IMG/VR virus record: IMGVR_UViG_2698536610_000003
Length of the DNA: 33,876 nt
Reading direction: 5' to 3' (one strand)
Source of the DNA: a virus
Taxonomy: Duplodnaviria > Heunggongvirae > Uroviricota > Caudoviricetes
The position numbers and the translations under genes are program-made. The notes below the pieces were generated by a model. That model ran no database searches. It worked only from the letters and a program-made list of their open reading frames with translations, and was not told the origin of the DNA. Shown piece by piece: positions 17,400 to 25,639 of the stretch; position 1 is the first letter of the stretch; the number at the start of each line of letters is the position of its first letter.

Positions 17400-17544
17400 C
17401 CCGCAGACGAACGGCGATTTAAGTGCCGATATCCGGCAGCTTGAGAACGCGCTGGCACGCTGTGCCAGCCAGGTAAAAATGATTAAACACTGTCAGGACG
17501 AAACCGATGCTCAAACCCGACAGCCTGCGCAGGGCGCTGACTGA
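17254..17544 (+). CDS. lysC: o-spanin lipoprotein (Rz1-like) LysC, embedded out of frame in the 3' end of lysB
   Basis: 96 aa from ATG 17254 (track starts at GTG 17215); signal peptide with lipobox LCAGC; Cys/Pro-rich; overlaps lysB and R. Confidence 0.8.
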   Translation: MKTKIFAAGTALTCLMLCAGCTSARPALTPVIVANACPKVSLCPMPGSDPQTNGDLSADIRQLENALARCASQVKMIKHCQDETDAQTRQPAQGAD

Positions 17545-17974
17545 TGCCGTCACGGTGCTGAAAACCAGCCCCGAGATGCTGCGGATATTCGTGGATAACG
17601 GGAGTATTGCCTCCACACTGGCGACGTCGTTGTCATTCGAAAAGCGTTACACGCTCAATGTGATTGTGACCGACTTTACCGGTGATTTTGACCTGCTCAT
17701 TGTGCCGGTGCTGGCGTGGCTGCGGGAAAATCAGCCCGACATCATGACCACCGACGAAGGCCAGAAAAAGGGCTTCACGTTTTATGCAGACATCAACAAT
17801 GACAGCAGCTTTGATATCAGTATCAGCCTGATGCTGACCGAGCGCACGCTGGTCAGTGAGGTTGACGGTGCGCTGCATGTGAAGAATATCCCGGAACCTC
17901 CGCCGCCGGAGCCGGTCACCCGCCCGATGGAACTTTATATCAATGGTGAACTGGTGAGTAAGTGGGATGAATGA
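17507..17974 (+). CDS. R: tail completion protein R
   Basis: 155 aa, size and order as P2 R. Confidence 0.88.
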   Translation: MLKPDSLRRALTDAVTVLKTSPEMLRIFVDNGSIASTLATSLSFEKRYTLNVIVTDFTGDFDLLIVPVLAWLRENQPDIMTTDEGQKKGFTFYADINNDSSFDISISLMLTERTLVSEVDGALHVKNIPEPPPPEPVTRPMELYINGELVSKWDE

Positions 17975-18419
17975 GTTTAAGCGTTTTGAAGACCGGCTGA
18001 CCGGGCTGATTGAATCGCTGTCACCGTCAGGGCGTCGGCGACTGAGTGCCGAACTGGCGAAGCGCCTGCGGCAGAGTCAGCAGCGTCGGGTGATGGCACA
18101 GAAAGCCCCGGACGGCACACCCTACGCGCCACGCCAGCAGCAGAGCGCCAGAAAAAAGACCGGTCGTGTTAAGCGAAAAATGTTTGCGAAACTTATCACC
18201 AGTCGTTTTTTGCATATCCGCGCCAGCCCGGAGCAGGCATCAATGGAATTTTACGGCGGGAAGTCACCGAAAATCGCCAGTGTGCATCAGTTCGGTCTGT
18301 CGGAAGAAAACCGGAAAGACGGTAAGAAAATTGATTATCCGGCGCGTCCTCTGCTCGGCTTTACCGGTGAGGATGTGCAGATGATTGAAGAGATTATTCT
18401 GGCGCACCTCGACCGTTAG
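17967..18419 (+). CDS. S: tail completion protein S
   Basis: 150 aa, size and order as P2 S. Confidence 0.88.
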   Translation: MNEFKRFEDRLTGLIESLSPSGRRRLSAELAKRLRQSQQRRVMAQKAPDGTPYAPRQQQSARKKTGRVKRKMFAKLITSRFLHIRASPEQASMEFYGGKSPKIASVHQFGLSEENRKDGKKIDYPARPLLGFTGEDVQMIEEIILAHLDR

Positions 18420-18485
18420 TTGTGCCATTCCCGACACCTCATCGTCACATTGCCGCCGGTATGACCCGGCGGCATCCTTCCCGTT
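18420..18485 (+). promoter_or_regulatory. expected late promoter region for the V-W-J-I-H-G operon
   Basis: 66-bp intergenic gap before V, placed by P2 organisation; motif not confidently assigned. Confidence 0.35.
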
Positions 18486-19121
18486 ATGAACACTCTCGCA
18501 AATATTCAGGAACTCGCGCGCGCACTGCGCAACATGATCCGCACCGGCATTATCGTCGAAACCGACCTTAACGCCGGTCGCTGCCGTGTGCAGACCGGCG
18601 GCATGTGCACCGACTGGCTTCAGTGGCTGACCCATCGCGCCGGACGTTCGTGCACATGGTGGGCACCTTCCGTGGGGGAACAGGTGTTGATTCTGTCCGT
18701 GGGCGGTGAACTCGACACGGCGTTTGTTCTGCCGGGGATTTATTCCGGCGATAATCCCGCGCCGTCTGCGTCGGCGGATGCCCTGCATATCCGTTTCCCT
18801 GACGGGGCGGTGATTGAGTATGAACCCGAAACCAGTGCACTGACGGTAAGCGGAATTAAAACGGCCAGCGTGACGGCTTCTGATTCTGTTACTGCCACGG
18901 TGCCGGTGGTCATGGTGAAAGCATCAACCCGCATCACCCTGGACACACCGGAGGTGGTCTGCACCAACAGGCTGATTACCGGCACGCTGGAAGTGCAGAA
19001 GGGCGGGACGATGCGCGGCAACATTGAACACACCGGCGGTGAACTCTCATCAAACGGTAAGGTACTGCATACCCACAAACACCCCGGCGACAGCGGCGGC
19101 ACAACCGGGAGTCCTTTATGA
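18486..19121 (+). CDS. V: baseplate spike protein V
   Basis: 211 aa, size and order as P2 V. Confidence 0.9.
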   Translation: MNTLANIQELARALRNMIRTGIIVETDLNAGRCRVQTGGMCTDWLQWLTHRAGRSCTWWAPSVGEQVLILSVGGELDTAFVLPGIYSGDNPAPSASADALHIRFPDGAVIEYEPETSALTVSGIKTASVTASDSVTATVPVVMVKASTRITLDTPEVVCTNRLITGTLEVQKGGTMRGNIEHTGGELSSNGKVLHTHKHPGDSGGTTGSPL

Positions 19122-19465
19122 CAGCGCGTTATCTCGGAATGAATCGCAGTGATGGCCTGACGGTCATTGACCTTGAGCATATCAGCCAGAGTATCGGCGA
19201 TATCCTGCGCACACCGGTCGGCTCACGGGTGATGCGTCGTGATTACGGCTCGTTGCTGGCGTCAATGATTGACCAGCCGCAGACCCCGGCGCTTGAGTTG
19301 CAGATTAAGGTCGCCTGTTACATGGCCGTGCTGAAATGGGAACCCCGCGTCACCCTGTCATCCGTCACCACGGCGCGCAGTTTTGACGGGCGAATGACGG
19401 TCACGTTAACCGGTCAGCACAACGACACCGGCCAGCCACTTTCGTTAACCATCCCTGTGAGTTGA
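19118..19465 (+). CDS. W: baseplate protein W (gp25-like)
   Basis: 115 aa, 4-nt overlap with V, size and order as P2 W. Confidence 0.9.
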   Translation: MTARYLGMNRSDGLTVIDLEHISQSIGDILRTPVGSRVMRRDYGSLLASMIDQPQTPALELQIKVACYMAVLKWEPRVTLSSVTTARSFDGRMTVTLTGQHNDTGQPLSLTIPVS

Positions 19466-19469
19466 AATC

Positions 19470-20378
19470 ATGCCGATTATCGACCTGAACCAGCTACCCG
19501 CACCGGATGTGGTCGAGGAGCTGGACTTTGAAACCATTCTTGCCGAACGCAAGGCGACACTGATTTCCCTTTACCCGGAAGACCAGCAGGAGGCGGTCGC
19601 CCGTACCCTGACACTGGAATCTGAGCCTCTCGTCAAACTGCTGGAAGAAAATGCTTATCGTGAGCTTATCTGGCGTCAGCGTGTGAATGAGGCCGCACGG
19701 GCGGTGATGCTGGCCTGTGCCGCCGGTAATGACCTTGATGTGATTGGTGCCAATTACAACACCACGCGCCTGACTATCACCCCGGCAGATGATTCGACTA
19801 TCCCGCCGACACCGGCAGTGATGGAATCTGACACCGATTATCGTCTGCGTATTCAGCAGGCTTTTGAGGGCTTAAGCGTCGCCGGGTCAGTGGGAGCCTA
19901 TCAGTATCATGGCCGCAGTGCCGACGGGCGTGTCGCGGATATCTCTGTCACCAGTCCGTCTCCGGCCTGCGTCACTATCTCTGTGCTGTCACGTGAAAAT
20001 AACGGCGTCGCATCCGAAGACCTGCTGGCCGTGGTGCGTAACGCCCTTAATGGCGAGGACGTCAGACCGGTGGCCGACCGCGTGACCGTGCAGTCTGCCG
20101 CCATCGTTGAATACCAGATAAACGCCACGCTGTATCTTTACCCTGGTCCCGAAAGCGAACCCATCCGCGCTGCCGCCGTGAAAAAACTGGAAGCGTATAT
20201 CACTGCACAGCACCGGCTGGGGCGCGACATCCGTCTGTCTGCCATTTATGCCGCTTTGCATGTGGAAGGCGTGCAGCGTGTCGAGCTGGCCGAACCACTG
20301 GCCGACATTGTGCTCAACAGTACGCAGGCGTCTTTCTGTACCGAATACCGCGTCGTGACCGGAGGCTCGGATGAGTGA
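19470..20378 (+). CDS. J: baseplate wedge protein J
   Basis: 302 aa, size and order as P2 J. Confidence 0.9.
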   Translation: MPIIDLNQLPAPDVVEELDFETILAERKATLISLYPEDQQEAVARTLTLESEPLVKLLEENAYRELIWRQRVNEAARAVMLACAAGNDLDVIGANYNTTRLTITPADDSTIPPTPAVMESDTDYRLRIQQAFEGLSVAGSVGAYQYHGRSADGRVADISVTSPSPACVTISVLSRENNGVASEDLLAVVRNALNGEDVRPVADRVTVQSAAIVEYQINATLYLYPGPESEPIRAAAVKKLEAYITAQHRLGRDIRLSAIYAALHVEGVQRVELAEPLADIVLNSTQASFCTEYRVVTGGSDE

Positions 20379-20901
20379 TTCGCGCCTGCTGCCGACCGGC
20401 TCATCACCGCTTGAAGTTGCCGCCGCAAAAGCCTGTGCGGAAATTGAAAAAACGCCGGTCAGGATTCGTGAACTGTGGAACCCGGATACCTGTCCGGCAA
20501 ATCTGCTGCCGTGGCTGGCGTGGGCGTTTTCGGTCGACAGGTGGGATGAAAAGTGGCCGGAAGCGACAAAACGCGCCGTTATCCGCGATGCCTATTTCAT
20601 CCACTGTCATAAGGGCACTATCGGTGCAATCCGGCGTGTGGTGGAGCCGCTCGGCTATCTCATCAACGTGACGGAGTGGTGGGAAAACAGTGACCCGCCA
20701 GGCACCTTCCGGCTTGATATTGGTGTACTGGAAAGCGGCATCACAGAGGCAATGTATCAGGAAATGGAACGGCTGATTGCTGATGCCAAACCTGCAAGCC
20801 GCCACCTTATCGGCCTGAACATTACCCGGGACATTCCCGGCTACCTGTTCGCCGGTGGTGTGGCTTACGACGGCGATGTAATTACGGTTTACCCCGGATA
20901 A
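20371..20901 (+). CDS. I: baseplate/tail fibre attachment protein I
   Basis: 176 aa, overlaps J by 8 nt, size and order as P2 I. Confidence 0.9.
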   Translation: MSDSRLLPTGSSPLEVAAAKACAEIEKTPVRIRELWNPDTCPANLLPWLAWAFSVDRWDEKWPEATKRAVIRDAYFIHCHKGTIGAIRRVVEPLGYLINVTEWWENSDPPGTFRLDIGVLESGITEAMYQEMERLIADAKPASRHLIGLNITRDIPGYLFAGGVAYDGDVITVYPG

Positions 20902-20911
20902 GTGAGGAATA

Positions 20912-23230
20912 ATGAGCACAAAATTCAGAACCGTTATCACCACTGCCGGTGCAGCAAAGCTGGCAGCGGCAACCGCACCGGGAGGGCGGAAGGTCAACAT
21001 TACCACGATGGCCGTCGGGGATGGCGGTGGTAAATTGCCTGTCCCGGATGCCGGACAGACCGGACTTATTCACGAAGTCTGGCGACATACGCTGAACAAA
21101 ATCAGCCAGGACAAACGAAACAGTAATTATATTATCGCAGAGCTGGTTATTCCGCCGGAGGTGGGCGGTTTCTGGATGCGTGAGCTTGGCCTGTACGATG
21201 ATGCGGGAACGTTAATTGCCGTGGCGAACATGGCCGAAAGTTATAAGCCAGCTCTTGCCGAAGGCTCAGGGCGTTCGCAGACCTGTCGCATGGTCATCAT
21301 CGTCAGCAGTGTGGCCTCGGTGGAGCTGACCATTGACACCACAACGGTGATGGCGACACAGGATTACGTTGATGACAAAATTGCAGAGCACGAACAGTCA
21401 CGACGTCACCCGGACGCCTCGCTGACCGCAAAAGGTTTTACTCAGTTAAGCAGTGCGACCAACAGCACGTCTGAAACACTGGCCGCAACGCCGAAAGCGG
21501 TAAAGGCCGCCTATGACCTTGCTAACGGGAAATATACCGCACAGGACGCTACCACAGCACGAAAAGGCCTTGTCCAGCTCAGTAGTGCGACCAACAGCAC
21601 GTCTGAAACACTGGCCGCAACGCCGAAAGCGGTAAAGGCCGCCTATGACCTTGCTAACGGGAAATACACTGCACAGGACGCCACTACAGCGCGAAAAGGT
21701 CTTGCCCAGCTCAGTAGCGCCACCAACAGCGATTCTGAAACGCTTGCGGCAACACCAAAGGCGGTTAAGACAGCGTATGACCTTGCTAACGGGAAATACA
21801 CTGCACAGGATGCCACCACGGTGCGAAAAGGTCTTGTCCAGCTCAGTAGCGCCACCAACAGTGATTCTGAAACCCTCGCGGCAACGCCAAAAGCAGTGAA
21901 GTCTGCCTATGACAATGCTGAAAAACGTCTTCAGAAAGATCAGAACGGTGCGGATATTCCGGGAAAGGATACCTTCACGAAAAATATCGGTGCCTGTCGT
22001 GCTTATAGCGGCGCTTTGAGCACTGAAGCCGGAAACTGGACAACCGCTCAGTTTATTGAATGGCTGGATTCCCGTGGTGCATTTAATCATCCGTACTGGA
22101 TGTGCAAAGGCTCCTGGTCATATGCAAATAACAAAATCATTACGGATACCGGATGTGGTGATATCCACCTGGCTGGTTGTGTCGTCGAGGTCATGGGAAC
22201 TAAATCTGCAATCACTATCCGAGTGACCACGCCGACAACATCAAGTGGTGGCGGTACAACCAGCGCGCAATTCACTTACATTAATCATGGGGACGGCTAC
22301 TCCCCCGGCTGGCGTCGTGACTGGAATCGTCAGGGCGACTCAATGACCGGAACGATTAATCAGGATGGCGGAAGCCAGAATGCCTATATGTCTACGGCCT
22401 TATGTTCAGGCACCAGAGGCGGCAAAAAATATCTCAGAAAGTTTCGTGGTGGAGAAGGAGATACTATCTGGCATGAAACAGTACAGGGCGAGGTAATTCG
22501 CTGGGCGACAGGTAATACTGATGCTCGGGAAGAATTATCACTCAGCTCTGTTTATGGTCTTCGTTCAAGAGGTGAAATTACATCGCTCAGTGCTAATGGT
22601 CTGCGCGTTGCTTATGGCAATTATGGATTCTTTATCAGGAATGATGGCGGCAGCACATATTTAATGCTGACGGCCTCTGGCGATAAATTTGGGACATGGA
22701 ACGGCTTAAGACCGCTGACTATCAATAACGCCAATGGCGGAGTGTCAATGGGGCATGGCCTGAGTGTTACAGGTGATATTGTCTCAAGTACCAAAGTACG
22801 TGCCGGTAGCGGGAAAAAGTTCACGGTCAGCAGCAGCAATACATCCACGAAGGAAGCCGCATTCAATTTGTGGGGAAACTCAAGTCGTCCTGTGGTGGCT
22901 GAATTAGGTGATGATGCAGGCTGGCATTTTTACAGTCAGAGAAATACAGATAACAGCATCACTTTTGCTGTTAACGGTCAGGTATCACCATCTAACTATG
23001 GCAACTTTGATTCACGCTATGTCCGGGATATCCGGCTTGGTGGTGCTGCCACATACAAACCTGCGAACAATGGCATGACATGGACACATCAGGCACCGTC
23101 CGGGTGTGTATATTCTGGCATTATTGTTCAGGATACCGGCTCAAACTCTGCCGATAACATTGGTGGCGTATATTACAGACCGGTGCAGAAATACATTAAC
23201 GGGACATGGTATAACGTGGCACAGGTATAA
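20912..23230 (+). CDS. H: tail fibre protein H (mosaic: P2-like N-terminus, four tandem fibre repeats, divergent distal domain)
   Basis: 772 aa (P2 H is shorter as I recall); conserved N-terminal 170 aa; repeats QLSSATNS[TD]SETLAATPKAVK...; C-terminal half unlike P2 H. Confidence 0.88.
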   Translation: MSTKFRTVITTAGAAKLAAATAPGGRKVNITTMAVGDGGGKLPVPDAGQTGLIHEVWRHTLNKISQDKRNSNYIIAELVIPPEVGGFWMRELGLYDDAGTLIAVANMAESYKPALAEGSGRSQTCRMVIIVSSVASVELTIDTTTVMATQDYVDDKIAEHEQSRRHPDASLTAKGFTQLSSATNSTSETLAATPKAVKAAYDLANGKYTAQDATTARKGLVQLSSATNSTSETLAATPKAVKAAYDLANGKYTAQDATTARKGLAQLSSATNSDSETLAATPKAVKTAYDLANGKYTAQDATTVRKGLVQLSSATNSDSETLAATPKAVKSAYDNAEKRLQKDQNGADIPGKDTFTKNIGACRAYSGALSTEAGNWTTAQFIEWLDSRGAFNHPYWMCKGSWSYANNKIITDTGCGDIHLAGCVVEVMGTKSAITIRVTTPTTSSGGGTTSAQFTYINHGDGYSPGWRRDWNRQGDSMTGTINQDGGSQNAYMSTALCSGTRGGKKYLRKFRGGEGDTIWHETVQGEVIRWATGNTDAREELSLSSVYGLRSRGEITSLSANGLRVAYGNYGFFIRNDGGSTYLMLTASGDKFGTWNGLRPLTINNANGGVSMGHGLSVTGDIVSSTKVRAGSGKKFTVSSSNTSTKEAAFNLWGNSSRPVVAELGDDAGWHFYSQRNTDNSITFAVNGQVSPSNYGNFDSRYVRDIRLGGAATYKPANNGMTWTHQAPSGCVYSGIIVQDTGSNSADNIGGVYYRPVQKYINGTWYNVAQV
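21443..21928 (+). repeat. in-frame tandem repeat, 3 full copies of 132 bp (44 aa) plus a partial fourth, inside H
   Basis: Copies start at 21443, 21575, 21707, 21839; near-identical DNA with scattered synonymous and few non-synonymous differences. Confidence 0.9.
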
Positions 23231-23233
23231 TTT

Positions 23234-23761
23234 ATGCAGCATTTGATAAATATAACCGCGGGTAATCCAAAAACGGTTGAACAATATCAATTGACAAAGG
23301 ACTTTGATGTTGTCTGGTTTTTTACAGAAGATGGTAAGAACTGGTACGAAGAACAAAAGTATTTTGCTGATGACACGATAAAAATAGCGTACGACAAGGA
23401 TAATATTATCCGCTATATGGAAAAAGATGTGACAGCTATCAGACCAGATGGATTAAGTGTGGTTGAAGTGGCGGATATTACTGCTAACCGACGGGCGGAC
23501 ATTTCAGGGAACTGGATGTTTAAGGACGGCAAAGTGATTAAACGCATTTATACGGCAGAGGAATTGCAGCAGCAGGCAGAAAACCGGAAAGCCAGACTTC
23601 TTGCAGATGCTGAATCCGTGATTTTGCCGCTGGAGCGCGCGGTCAGACTGAACATGGCAACAGATGAGGAGCGTAGCCGACTGGATGCATGGGAGCGTTA
23701 CAGCGTTCTGGTCAGTCGTGTGGATCCTGCAAATCCTGAATGGCCGGAAATGCCGCAATAA
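23234..23761 (+). CDS. G: tail fibre assembly chaperone G
   Basis: 175 aa directly after H, same size and position as P2 G. Confidence 0.85.
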   Translation: MQHLINITAGNPKTVEQYQLTKDFDVVWFFTEDGKNWYEEQKYFADDTIKIAYDKDNIIRYMEKDVTAIRPDGLSVVEVADITANRRADISGNWMFKDGKVIKRIYTAEELQQQAENRKARLLADAESVILPLERAVRLNMATDEERSRLDAWERYSVLVSRVDPANPEWPEMPQ

Positions 23762-24043
23762 GTTGTATGAGCTCTGGTGTGAGCTTACATATCTATGGCA
23801 CAGAGTAAAGACTAATCTGACAGTCCGCTCTGTGCCAATAGCGGACGTAACAAGTATGATATTGGATGATGTTGCGAGGGGTGGTAGTCTGAAGCACGGC
23901 ATACGGCAATCGACCTAAAATGATGCCGTATTCAAGGAATTCTGGTATATGAGGCCTGTAAAATTGTTAACAGGATGCATACTTGTATGCAGCGCAAGTT
24001 ACCTTTAAGTTGGTTCAATTGAATAAACTATGTTTTCCCATGC

Positions 24044-24071
24044 TTGCATCATCGCTAGGTGAACATAAAAT
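24044..24071 (+). promoter_or_regulatory. candidate sigma70 promoter for the hotspot-2 cargo gene: -35 TTGCAT (24044..24049), 16-nt spacer, -10 TAAAAT (24066..24071)
   Basis: Hexamers and spacing read directly; about 36 bp upstream of ATG 24108, which has a GGAG RBS. Confidence 0.45.
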
Positions 24072-24107
24072 GTTCTGGAGATTAACGTTTAGGTTTATAG
24101 GAGCTTT

Positions 24108-25319
24108 ATGAGAGTAGAATTCACAGAAAGAACAAAGAATGTACTTGCTGGGAGAGCAGGATACCAATGTAGCCATCCTCAATGTTCAATAATAACTATT
24201 GGCCCAGGTGAAAAAGAGGATGAGACATCCAGCATCGGTGAGGCATCACATATTTATAGTGCAGCTAAAAATGGCCCCAGAGGGCAAGGTGGGCTAACAG
24301 AAGAACAGTTAAAAAGCCCTGAGAATGGAATTTGGCTATGTAAGGTACACGCAAGGTTAGTTGATACAAATAATGGAGCAGGATTTACCGCATCACAACT
24401 AATTAGTTGGAAAAAATATCATGAGGAATTCATTAAACATCACCAGGGAAGGATCGTCAATAAATTACATTGGATATCAAAACTATCAATAGTTGATAGT
24501 CCTTTATTTCAAGATTCAATAAGCATCGACTTTGCAAAAATAACAATTATTGAGAGTGATAGTAATGGCGCAGGGAAAACAGCAATATGCGAGTGGTTAT
24601 CAAGTGTCAGTGCAATAAATAGACTTGAGCGCTGGGTTAATTGTGAAAAGCTCAATATTGAAATTCATTTGCACACGCCAGAGCCACACTTAATTGAAGT
24701 GAGTGTAAATAGCGGAAGGATTTCCTATAAAGTTGATTCTCTTGACATTACCTCAAGTCCTTTTCCTTTTGCATGCTATTTTTTTGATTTTAATTACTCA
24801 AAGAAAAAATATAATAAAACATCTAACTTTTTTGCTGAGTTCATAAATATATCGCCAGTGCTACTTGAGAGTCTTTTTGATTATGTATGCAGAAACAAAA
24901 AAGGCATACTTAAATCAATCAGATTTGCTACTCAGGAAGAGCTGGAACAGGATGATGATAGTGAAGATGAAAAAGAGCGAGATATTCATGATATCTATTG
25001 CATGATACAAGGTAATGATTCTTATTTGCCTTTCGAGTGTTTATCTGGAAGTGAAAAAACTAGAGTGCTATTGGATGTTATAATCGCATCATTAAATGAG
25101 CGTTCCAAATACACACCGACACTACTTTTTATAGAAATGAATGAAACCTTTTTATCAAAGGAATCTTTTAAACCATACATTGAAAGATTGAATTCCATTG
25201 AGACTTCATTTCAAACCATCGTAACAACTCATTCGAACATATTAAATGAGTGTTCCGTAGGTTTTCCCCGTTATGAATTGATAAAAGGTATCAACACATC
25301 AACCTTGAGGAAAATATAA
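24108..25319 (+). CDS. HNH endonuclease fused to compact ABC-type (AAA_21-like) ATPase; candidate defence protein
   Basis: 403 aa. N-terminus: Zn-finger/HNH layout C21-x4-C26 ... ASHIY (H48) ... ENGIWLCKVH (N73, C78, H81) ... D86. C-terminus: Walker A-like SNGAGKT (K157), ABC signature-like LSGSEK (312-317), degenerate Walker B TLLFIEMNE (338-346), H-loop IVTTHS (H375). Strongly AT-rich. Confidence 0.75.
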   Translation: MRVEFTERTKNVLAGRAGYQCSHPQCSIITIGPGEKEDETSSIGEASHIYSAAKNGPRGQGGLTEEQLKSPENGIWLCKVHARLVDTNNGAGFTASQLISWKKYHEEFIKHHQGRIVNKLHWISKLSIVDSPLFQDSISIDFAKITIIESDSNGAGKTAICEWLSSVSAINRLERWVNCEKLNIEIHLHTPEPHLIEVSVNSGRISYKVDSLDITSSPFPFACYFFDFNYSKKKYNKTSNFFAEFINISPVLLESLFDYVCRNKKGILKSIRFATQEELEQDDDSEDEKERDIHDIYCMIQGNDSYLPFECLSGSEKTRVLLDVIIASLNERSKYTPTLLFIEMNETFLSKESFKPYIERLNSIETSFQTIVTTHSNILNECSVGFPRYELIKGINTSTLRKI

Positions 25320-25516
25320 AATAATCATTGTGTGATAAATTTTTAAAATGCCATTGTTTGTCAGGTCGAACTGGGTAAATGGATATAGTATTCATTCAAT
25401 AAACTGAATAAACCGTTGTCAACGTCCGCTCCTCGCTCAAAGCAGACAGTCAGATTTGATAGCATTTGGGCTATGTAAATTGTCAGGCGGAAAATGAGTG
25501 AGTACAAATCAGGACA

Positions 25517-25544
25517 GGCGGGCGAATTGCCCGCCTTTTCTTTA
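25517..25544 (+). terminator. rho-independent terminator after cargo gene (GGCGGGC-gaatt-GCCCGCC followed by TTTTCTTTA)
   Basis: Perfect 7-bp GC stem, 5-nt loop and T-rich tract read directly, about 200 bp past the cargo stop and just upstream of FI. Confidence 0.75.
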
Positions 25545-25545
25545 T

Positions 25546-25639
25546 CTGTTGTTTCATCCACTGACCAGCCAGGTCAAATAGCGTCTCATGCTCTGCACAA
25601 CAGAAAATAGTTGCACCCATTAACCACGGAGTTAAACGG
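25546..25639 (+). promoter_or_regulatory. expected late promoter region for the FI-FII-E-T-U-D operon
   Basis: Region between cargo terminator and FI start, placed by P2 organisation; motif not confidently assigned. Confidence 0.35.

Noticed and set aside
21443-21928. Possible CRISPR array suggested by regular repeats
   Set aside because: Units are 132 bp, contiguous with no spacers, and in frame within a tail fibre gene; no cas genes or leader. This is a protein-coding tandem repeat.
21446-22090. ORFs 21446..22090 (-), 21643..21858 (-) and 21645..21899 (+) in the H repeat region
   Set aside because: Generated by the tandem repeat in alternative frames; the repeat is in-frame in H and encodes a recognisable fibre motif.
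23664-23918. 84-aa ORF spanning the end of G into the intergenic region, and minus-strand ORF 23504..23902
   Set aside because: Both largely overlap G in other frames and lack start context; the intergenic part is better explained by hairpin structures.
25361-25561. 66-aa minus-strand ORF between the cargo gene and FI
   Set aside because: It spans the strong plus-strand terminator hairpin and has no RBS; more likely non-coding regulatory sequence.
12046-25639. Specific Ogr-binding dyads (TGT-N12-ACA) at the late promoters
   Set aside because: Only imperfect matches (for example TGT-N12-ACC at 18421..18438) with inconsistent spacing to the start codons; promoter regions are reported by position only.
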